Shown here in pieces: positions 57,764 to 64,000 of a DNA stretch of 64,000 nt. The DNA is from Bacillota bacterium (GTDB lineage Bacteria > Bacillota > Sulfobacillia > Fermentithermobacillales > Fermentithermobacillaceae): positions 6,173-70,172 of the forward strand of contig JAPXLN010000002.1 of assembly GCA_033809515.1 (NCBI GenBank), read 5' to 3'. How positions within the stretch are numbered: the first letter of the stretch is position 1; every line of letters begins with the position of its first letter. The notes below the pieces were generated by a model. The model was not told the origin of the DNA, searched no databases, and saw only the letters and a list, made by a program, of their open reading frames with translations. The translations under genes were made by a program, and so were the position numbers.

Positions 57764-58247
57764 AGTAAAGAAGCTGCAAAGCAGGGCAGTTAAGGCTGCA
57801 GGCAACCAAAAAGGCAGCGTCGTCGCCCTTGTCGTTCTTTTCATGCCTGTGGCCCTTGCGTGCGCAGGGATAGCGGTGGACCTGGGGCTCCTCTTTACGG
57901 CCCGCAAATGCGTACAGGCGGCGTGTGATCTTGGAGCTCTTGCGGGAGTTCAGGAACTGGATTGGGAAGCATTGGCTGAAGGCCGGGTAGTAATCAGGGA
58001 AGAAGACGCCAGAAACAAAGCTCTGGAAATAGCGTGGCTGAACATGGCCAATGCAGAGGGATTGATCGAGGACGTGATTCTCAGCGTTTCGGTGTATAAC
58101 TCTCCGTCCCGGATGGAGCCCTGTGCGGTTGTGGAGGCCTCCTTTGGCGTGCGTGTCCACTTCACCCAGTGGCTCTTCGCTCAGGACCAGGGCAGAAGGT
58201 TTTCTGTCTCGGCAGAAGCATCGGTAGTCGAAAGGACCAAGTGGTAA
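57744..58247 (+). CDS. TadE/TadG-like pilus assembly protein
   Basis: ..KGSVVALVVLFMPVALACAGIAVDLG.. TadE/G-type N-terminus. Confidence 0.55.
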   Translation: MSLCPGKVKKLQSRAVKAAGNQKGSVVALVVLFMPVALACAGIAVDLGLLFTARKCVQAACDLGALAGVQELDWEALAEGRVVIREEDARNKALEIAWLNMANAEGLIEDVILSVSVYNSPSRMEPCAVVEASFGVRVHFTQWLFAQDQGRRFSVSAEASVVERTKW

Positions 58248-58255
58248 TCTCGAAA

Positions 58256-59002
58256 TCAGGCTTTTTTGCAGAAGAAGACCATTTCCCCTGATTCGGCGGT
58301 TACAGGAACGTCTTCCAGGAGTGAGCCCTGGGTATGGAAGACTGCCAGACCGGCGCCTTCGATGAGGATGCGCAGCTCTCTGGGAAAGTAGTAGGTCATT
58401 GTCTGTCGGCATTCTGCTCTTTGCAGGAGAGTCTTACCGTCGTACTCTTCAACGACTATGTGTTCTCGCTGCAGCTGCTTTACGAAGTCGTAGTGAACGG
58501 TGAACCTGTCAACTATGCGTGTGCCCCTGATAGGGTGGATGAACTCAAAAACCCTTTCCCTGCCGTTGACGCTTGCCATGAACTCTACGTTGGGGATGCT
58601 GAAATCTACTATGAAGGTGCCGGAATCCTTGAGGTGGCCCTTTACACAGGTAAGGGTTTTCCTCACCTGATCCGGCTCTGGCAGGTGGTTGAAAAGGTTG
58701 CATGGCGCAATGATAAGGTCGAATGAGGTATGGAGGTCAAAGCAGGTGATGTCAGCTTTTTTGTTTCTGAGCCTGGATTGGACAGAACACGGCTCATAGG
58801 CCATTTTGGCTTTCAGGCGAGCCATCATGTCGTCTGACCGGTCAATACCGGTAACCTCAAAGCCTGCCCGTGCCAAAGGGATCAAGATCCTTCCGGAACC
58901 TGAGCCCAGTTCCAGAATCCCGGGACCGTACCGGCGTCCGAAACTGACATAAGCTTCTACATCGGGAAGCCCCATGTGAAGCAGGTCATAAAACTCAGCC
59001 AA
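58256..59002 (-). CDS. Class I SAM-dependent methyltransferase
   Basis: Motif I ..ILELGSGSGRI.. and an acidic residue at the end of beta-2 (..VTGIDRSDDM..). Confidence 0.7.
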   Translation of the reverse strand: MAEFYDLLHMGLPDVEAYVSFGRRYGPGILELGSGSGRILIPLARAGFEVTGIDRSDDMMARLKAKMAYEPCSVQSRLRNKKADITCFDLHTSFDLIIAPCNLFNHLPEPDQVRKTLTCVKGHLKDSGTFIVDFSIPNVEFMASVNGRERVFEFIHPIRGTRIVDRFTVHYDFVKQLQREHIVVEEYDGKTLLQRAECRQTMTYYFPRELRILIEGAGLAVFHTQGSLLEDVPVTAESGEMVFFCKKA

Positions 59003-59075
59003 AAAGCCTGCATATTGGTTGTCGCTTACGAAGCTGCCAAACTCAAGCCCTCCTTTGGAAGCTGTCTCATTCCCG

Positions 59076-60215
59076 TCATTTCATCAAGAGTGACCTGTAA
59101 ATATTCTCGTGTTCACCGGTAACCCGGGCAACAGAATGGCGCCTGAGGACAACTTCCCTGCCAAACAGGCCTAACTCTTGCATTCGGGCAGGGTCTGACA
59201 GAAGGTCCTCAATCTCCCGGGTCAGAACCGCCGGGTCACAAGGGATGGGAGCATTACGGGATGTGAGATTGCGTTCTTCAAGGAGATCAAGGATCTCCTC
59301 TCTGACGGCACCGAAGATACCGCCCGGACCTGCGATAATAGTTGGCCTGGCTGTAGCCATGGCCTCGAGAGCGACTCTGGACATGCCTATGACAAGGTCA
59401 CTTGCTGCGTACAGAGCAGGTGTGTCTACCACAAACCCCAGGCACCTCACTGCCTCCATGCCGGCCCATGCGTTAATCTCAGCTGCCCTGGTCCTTACCT
59501 TTTCGAGGTTGTCGCCGTCTCCGGCAATGAGGAGCAGGGCCCGGGGGAACTTTTCGCGCACATTGCGAACAGCGTCTGCTACTGCTACTGCGGTTTCAGA
59601 CAGTTCCCTGTCCAGGCGTGAGACGTATGCGATGATGGGTCCCTGTGCGTGCTTGAGTCCAAGCTGCTTTCTTGCGCGGCCGGTTTCCTCTTCGGAGGGA
59701 GGGTGGTAAAGAGTTGTGTCGATGCCATTAGGGATAATAAGGACTTTGTCAGGTGAAAAGCTGAAACTGTCTATGACGTAGTCCTTGATATCCTGGCTTA
59801 CTGCAATAGTGAGGTCTCCGGATCTTGTCACCATGTTCCAGGGGAAACCTGCGGCAAAGGCACCGTGATATGTGGTGACCAAGGGGATCCCTTTCTTCCG
59901 GCAGATGCTGCTGGCGATCCATGCCGGGATCCTGGCGTGGGCATGTATAAGACCAATGCCGAACGTGTCCACAGCCTGGGACACGAGGGCATAAGCTTTG
60001 GCCATGAGAAACGGCCGCCGGGAATGGAGCGGGATGAGCAGGTGGCGCGCGCCTGAAACCTCCAGCTCCTGAACCCGTTCTCCACCGTGAGAGCCTACAT
60101 ACACCGGCCACGTTCTTTCACTTAGGCTGTTTGCCAGTCCGATCACATGAGTTTCTACGCCGCCGATGCCAAGGCTCATAGTTAGGTGCAGGACGGGGAC
60201 TTTGCCTGTCTGCAA
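59076..60215 (-). CDS. GT4-family glycosyltransferase (BshA-like)
   Basis: N-terminal ..SLGIGGVETHV.. and C-terminal EX7E-type GT4 motifs (..GMEAVRCLGFV.. region). TTG start with a GGTGA RBS. Confidence 0.75.
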   Translation of the reverse strand: MQTGKVPVLHLTMSLGIGGVETHVIGLANSLSERTWPVYVGSHGGERVQELEVSGARHLLIPLHSRRPFLMAKAYALVSQAVDTFGIGLIHAHARIPAWIASSICRKKGIPLVTTYHGAFAAGFPWNMVTRSGDLTIAVSQDIKDYVIDSFSFSPDKVLIIPNGIDTTLYHPPSEEETGRARKQLGLKHAQGPIIAYVSRLDRELSETAVAVADAVRNVREKFPRALLLIAGDGDNLEKVRTRAAEINAWAGMEAVRCLGFVVDTPALYAASDLVIGMSRVALEAMATARPTIIAGPGGIFGAVREEILDLLEERNLTSRNAPIPCDPAVLTREIEDLLSDPARMQELGLFGREVVLRRHSVARVTGEHENIYRSLLMK

Positions 60216-60408
60216 TTGGTGATCACCTTGCCCTTCAACTGGAGCCCGTAATAAGGCTACTAATCACAGAGGCCCCGGTCAAGGGTTAGACTTGAGTTCT
60301 GCTGTCTTGGTGCCCCTCAAGTGTGTTTGGTGTACACTGGGAGCAGGGTGCTGCAATCAGCTATGGATGGTGCCCGTTCAACCACATTGGCATTTGGAGG
60401 TTTGAAGG

Positions 60409-61365
60409 TTGCAGAAAAGACCGCTCGGGAAAACCGGACTCTTTGTATCGGAGCTTTGCTTTGGGGTCTTGCCTATGGGACCCAGCCAACTAGGGCTCTC
60501 CCCGGAAGAAGGCGGACAGCTTGTTGCAGAAGCAGTATCAAACGGAGTTAACTTTCTGGACACCGCCCAAACGTATAGGACCTACCCGCACATTAGGTAC
60601 GCACTGGACTCTCTTGGCGTCCGCTCTCACGATGTGGTCATATCAACCAAATCAGCTGCGGCTGACTATGAGGGGATGAAAAGCGCCGTTGAGGAAGCAC
60701 GAATTGCCCTGAACAGAGACGTTATTGACGTGTTTTTTATGCATGCGGCAAGGGTCACCGGCTCTGTGTTTGAAGACCGTAAGGGAGCCCTGGACTGCCT
60801 GGTGGACATGAAGGCCCGGGGCGTGGTGAGGGCCGTAGGGATTTCCACTCATTCTGTGGATGTAGTGCGCCGGGCAGCTTCCATAGACGAACTGGACGTC
60901 ATATTCCCAATAATCAACGTGCAGGGGTTGGGCATTCTACACGGTACCAGACAGGATATGGAGCAAGCTATTGCTGGGGCTTCAACGGCAGGCAAGGGTC
61001 TTGTGGCCATGAAAGCTCTGGGCGGAGGCAATCTGATTCAGGACGTTGAGACTGCCTTCGCCTACGTCAGGGGTCTTCCGGGCATATCCTCTGTGGCAGT
61101 AGGTATGGTTAGAGAGGATGAACTCCTAATGAACCTCAGTATTTTTGAGGACCGGGCGGTGCCTCCCGAACTTGCCGGAAAGAGCAGGAAATCCAAAGCC
61201 CTAACAATCCAGGCTTTTTGCGTGGGATGCGGTACGTGTGTGAAGACCTGCCCTAACAACGCCATGAAGATTGTGGATGGCAAGGCAGTGAACTTAAAGG
61301 AAAAGTGCATCCTGTGCGGCTACTGTGCGCCTGTTTGCCCTCAGTTTGCCATACGGTTGGTATAG
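60409..61365 (+). CDS. Aldo/keto reductase fused to a C-terminal 2x[4Fe-4S] ferredoxin domain
   Basis: AKR N-terminus (..LGKTGLFVSELCFG..DTAQTY..). C-terminus has CVGCGTCVKTCP and CILCGYCAPVCP. Confidence 0.75.
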   Translation: MQKRPLGKTGLFVSELCFGVLPMGPSQLGLSPEEGGQLVAEAVSNGVNFLDTAQTYRTYPHIRYALDSLGVRSHDVVISTKSAAADYEGMKSAVEEARIALNRDVIDVFFMHAARVTGSVFEDRKGALDCLVDMKARGVVRAVGISTHSVDVVRRAASIDELDVIFPIINVQGLGILHGTRQDMEQAIAGASTAGKGLVAMKALGGGNLIQDVETAFAYVRGLPGISSVAVGMVREDELLMNLSIFEDRAVPPELAGKSRKSKALTIQAFCVGCGTCVKTCPNNAMKIVDGKAVNLKEKCILCGYCAPVCPQFAIRLV

Positions 61366-61467
61366 AAACAGTATTGACAGAAACACGGTCCCATGTTAGT
61401 GTTCTCACCATATAGTTCATGACGCATATGAGCCAATGCAAGCAAACAAGTGAATAGGGTTCTGGAC

Positions 61468-61575
61468 CTTATCAAGAGCAGGCGAGGGACTGGCCTTATG
61501 ACCCTGCGGCAACCGGCAAACCCAGCCAGGTGCCAATTCCAGCAGAACCGGTCCAGGTTCTGACAGATAAGGGGA
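61468..61575 (+). ncRNA. SAM-I (S-box) riboswitch aptamer upstream of metNIQ
   Basis: CTTATCAAGAGcaGGCGAGGGACTGGCCttATGAcCCtgcGGCAACC...GGTGCCAATTCCaGCAG...GACAGATAAGG matches the S-box consensus, including P1 CTTATC/GATAAG. Confidence 0.85.
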
Positions 61576-61583
61576 TATGAAAT

Positions 61584-61612
61584 GCCTCTCTGCTGTCAGG
61601 GAGGCGTTTTTG
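61584..61612 (+). terminator. Riboswitch expression-platform intrinsic terminator
   Basis: CCTCTCTGctgtCAGGGAGG followed by cgTTTTTgtg. It lies between the aptamer and the metN start. Confidence 0.6.
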
Positions 61613-61635
61613 TGTCCCAAACGGGGGTGTTTCAG

Positions 61636-62418
61636 GTGATCCAGGTAGAAGATCTGTCTAAGACTTTCAGATCCGCTTCAGGTCCGGTGTTTGCCCTCCG
61701 CAACGTATCGTTCCAGGTGCCAAGGGGTGAAATCTTGGCTGTCTGCGGCCCCTCGGGCGCCGGCAAGACAACTCTTCTGCGGTGCCTTGCGTTTCTCGAG
61801 AAGCCTGATTGCGGCCGGATTATCTTTGACGGAGTCGATGCACTTTCGCTTTCGGCCAGGGAAATCCGGGAGTTCCGTAAGGGAATCAGCGTAGTGTTTC
61901 AAGGGTTCAATCTTCTCAGCTCAAGGACTGCCACGGACAATGTCTCCCTGGCCCTTGAGATACGCGGAATAAAAAGAGAAAGGGCAAGGGAAGAGGCCCG
62001 TTCGTACCTGGACATGGTCCATATGGGCCACAGGCATGATTTCTACCCGTCCCAACTCTCAGGCGGTGAGCGGCAGCGAATTGCCATAGCAAGAGCTCTC
62101 GTTACGCGCCCAAGGGCGCTCATACTGGATGAGCCCACTTCGTCCCTTGATCCTGCCACGGCCAGATCCATTCTGAACTCAGTTCTTGACATAAACCAGA
62201 GGTCAGGTCTGACAGTGATCATAGTCACCCACCAAATAGACCTGGTGGGGGCTATTACTGATAGGTCTGTGTTCATTGAGGGCGGCAGGATCTCAGAAGC
62301 TGAATCTGTGCCGTGTAGGGTGCCAGGCGACACCGGGAAAAGACCCGTTGCCGTGAGTCCGGGAGCCGCAAGTTCAGGAGAGGACAAAGGGGTGATCTGG
62401 GGTGCTGACCGCGTCTAG
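61636..62418 (+). CDS. metN: Methionine ABC transporter ATP-binding protein
   Basis: Walker A GPSGAGKTT, LSGGERQR and Walker B ILDEPTS. The GTG at 61636 lies downstream of the riboswitch terminator. The ORF-track start at 61582 would run through the terminator. Confidence 0.85.
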   Translation: MIQVEDLSKTFRSASGPVFALRNVSFQVPRGEILAVCGPSGAGKTTLLRCLAFLEKPDCGRIIFDGVDALSLSAREIREFRKGISVVFQGFNLLSSRTATDNVSLALEIRGIKRERAREEARSYLDMVHMGHRHDFYPSQLSGGERQRIAIARALVTRPRALILDEPTSSLDPATARSILNSVLDINQRSGLTVIIVTHQIDLVGAITDRSVFIEGGRISEAESVPCRVPGDTGKRPVAVSPGAASSGEDKGVIWGADRV

Positions 62419-63070
62419 CAGTATCATTCGCATTGCCAGGCTGGTGTTTCCTGCTGTGGCGCAGACAGCCCTAATGGTATCTGCCTCCTTGGCCTTTTCG
62501 CACCTGATTGGAATGCCGTTAGGGGTCCTGCTGGTGTTAACCAGACCTCAAGGCCTGAAGGAGAACAGGGCTGTATACGCCGTTCTGAATTGGTTTGCCA
62601 ACATAGGCAGGTCAGTGCCATTTGTGGTGCTAATGTTCGCCATTATCCCGCTGACGCGGTGGCTCACAGGAACCTCAATTGGAACTGTTGCTGCCATTGT
62701 TCCCCTGTCTGTCTCTGCTGTGCCTTTTGTGGCGCGCCTTACAGAAACAGCTATGCTCGAGGTCGGTCCGGGTCCTGTAGAAGCCTGCCTGGCCATGGGA
62801 GCAACGCCCTGGCAGATCGTAAAATACGTTCTCTTTCCCGAATCCTTGCCGGCTCTGGTTTCGGGAGCGGCCATTACGGCCGTGAATCTTGTAGGGTACT
62901 CGGCCATGGCCGGGGCCGTAGGAGGAGGTGGTCTTGGCGATGTGGCCATACGCTATGGTTACCAGCGCTGGGAACCCCAGGTAATGTTCGTGTGCCTGGT
63001 GGTCCTGGTTGCCATGGTTCAGATGATTCAGCATACGGGAGACGTGTTCTCCCGTAGGTTCCGGCATTAG
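62402..63070 (+). CDS. metI: Methionine ABC transporter permease
   Basis: Five-TM MetI-type permease with an EAA-like loop (..ETAMLEVGPGPVEA..). Confidence 0.85.
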   Translation: MLTASSSIIRIARLVFPAVAQTALMVSASLAFSHLIGMPLGVLLVLTRPQGLKENRAVYAVLNWFANIGRSVPFVVLMFAIIPLTRWLTGTSIGTVAAIVPLSVSAVPFVARLTETAMLEVGPGPVEACLAMGATPWQIVKYVLFPESLPALVSGAAITAVNLVGYSAMAGAVGGGGLGDVAIRYGYQRWEPQVMFVCLVVLVAMVQMIQHTGDVFSRRFRH

Positions 63071-63097
63071 CCATAATCTGCCGAGGAGGCGATTTCA

Positions 63098-63922
63098 GTG
63101 AAGAGAGTTGACGGAAAAGCTTTGAGCTCATCACGCCAGGTATTAGGGATAGCAGCTGTCTGTCTTGTCATATTCGTGGCAGTAGGGCTTGCAGGGTGCA
63201 GCAAAGGCGAGCTCAAGGTAGGGGCCAGCGACGTTCCCCACGCAGAGATACTTGAGTTCATCAAACCGTTGCTGGAAAAGGAAGGCGTCAAGATGACGAT
63301 CATCGTTTTTGATGATTACGTTCAGCCTAATCTGCAGCTGGCAGACAAGCAGCTCGATGCCAACTACTTCCAGCACATACCGTACCTTGAGGAGTTTTCC
63401 GCTTCAAGGAAACTTGATCTGACGTGGGCATGCAAAGTCCACATCGAACCTATGGGCGTGTATTCAAGCAGAATTGAGTCTCTTTCGGAACTCGGTCAGA
63501 AAGCTAAGGTAGGGATCCCAAACGACGTAACTAACGGAGGCAGGGCTCTAGCTCTCCTGGAAAACGCAGGACTGTTGAAGCTCAAGGACGGTCTGGGCGT
63601 AAAAGCTACCCTGCTTGACATCGAAGAAAATCCCAGGGAACTGGAGATAGTTGAGTTGAGCGCTGAAATGTTGCCTCATGCCCTTCCCGACCTGGACTGT
63701 GCTGTCATCAACGGTAACTACGCCATTCAGGCAGGTCTGTCTCCTGTGGAGGATTCCCTGTTTCTGGAAAGCAAGGAGTCGCCCTATGCCAATGTTTTGG
63801 CTGTGCGGAAAGGTGACGAGGACAAGACGGCAATCAAGAAGCTGGTCAAGCTCCTTCAGAGCCCCGAGGTAAAGAGTTTCATCGAGGAGAAGTATGGGGG
63901 AGGAGTAGTGCCCGCTTTCTAG
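63098..63922 (+). CDS. metQ: Methionine-binding lipoprotein (NlpA/MetQ family)
   Basis: Lipobox ..LAGCSKG. NlpA-family pattern (..NYFQHIPYL.., ..NDVTNGGRAL..). Confidence 0.85.
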   Translation: MKRVDGKALSSSRQVLGIAAVCLVIFVAVGLAGCSKGELKVGASDVPHAEILEFIKPLLEKEGVKMTIIVFDDYVQPNLQLADKQLDANYFQHIPYLEEFSASRKLDLTWACKVHIEPMGVYSSRIESLSELGQKAKVGIPNDVTNGGRALALLENAGLLKLKDGLGVKATLLDIEENPRELEIVELSAEMLPHALPDLDCAVINGNYAIQAGLSPVEDSLFLESKESPYANVLAVRKGDEDKTAIKKLVKLLQSPEVKSFIEEKYGGGVVPAF

Positions 63923-64000
63923 CTTCATAGACGAGACCCTGGCCTCCGGTGCCGGTCCTGCTGCCAACGGATGCGGCACCGGAAGGCCCAGTTCCAGACT

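Noticed and set aside
1-64000. Search for CRISPR arrays, tRNA/rRNA genes, integrases or transposases
   Set aside because: I saw no regularly spaced ~30-bp repeats, no tRNA-like T-arm consensus in the intergenic gaps, and no recombinase or transposase-like translations. The window reads as core chromosome.

Overview
This 64 kb window looks like chromosomal core from a moderately high-GC, spore-forming Firmicute (Clostridia-like). The spore germination protease gpr, ylbJ, tepA/ylzJ and remA are all present. Almost every gene is on the + strand with translationally coupled junctions, and gene order follows the conserved Firmicute 'ylo/ylb/ylq' backbone.

Gene order, left to right:
- a partial tungsten-type aldehyde:ferredoxin oxidoreductase with a MoaD-like gene
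- a minus-strand tepA-ylzJ-small membrane protein operon
- a glycogen/starch island (GH57 branching enzyme, DUF4912, divergent GH15 glucoamylase)
- mIHF-remA-gmk-rpoZ-coaBC-priA-def/fmt-Zn peptidase-rsmB-prpC-prkC-rsgA-rpe
- rpmB(-)-asp23-yloV-recG, then gpr(-), a DUF606 membrane protein, coaD, a coupled coiled-coil protein, ylbJ(-), a YlbL-like Lon-C protease, yceD, rpmF
- the fatty-acid block fapR-plsX-fabH-degV-fabD-fabG-acpP-fabF, then rnc, a LexA-like gene(-), smc, ftsY, ylxM, ffh, rpsP, a KH protein, ylqD, trmD, rplS, lepB, rbgA
- a TPR protein, an SLH/FlgD-Ig surface protein(-), and a complete Tad/Flp pilus operon (cpaB, cpaE, cpaF, tadB, tadC, flp, tadE, tadG-like)
- a SAM-methyltransferase and GT4 glycosyltransferase(-), an AKR-ferredoxin fusion, and metNIQ behind a canonical SAM-I riboswitch

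I found no rRNA, tRNA, CRISPR array or obvious mobile element.

The observations most worth a second look:
- PriA has degenerate Walker A, DExH and motif VI, so it is probably ATPase-dead.
- def and fmt are fused in frame into one 480-aa ORF.
- The gmk reading frame runs about 190 nt into rpoZ.
- rlmN and rimM are missing from their conserved syntenic slots.
- A roughly 200-nt structured GC-rich leader lies between a consensus sigma-A promoter and the tad operon; it is a candidate cis-regulatory RNA.
- Small unannotated ORFs with their own ribosome-binding sites: a 53-aa Gly-zipper membrane peptide, and a 39-aa peptide at the spoVM-equivalent position.
- coaD is translationally coupled (TGATG) to an acidic coiled-coil protein.
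- A 12-nt tandem repeat array sits between the AOR and moaD-like genes.

All calls rest on reading the supplied translations and DNA. No database search was run.
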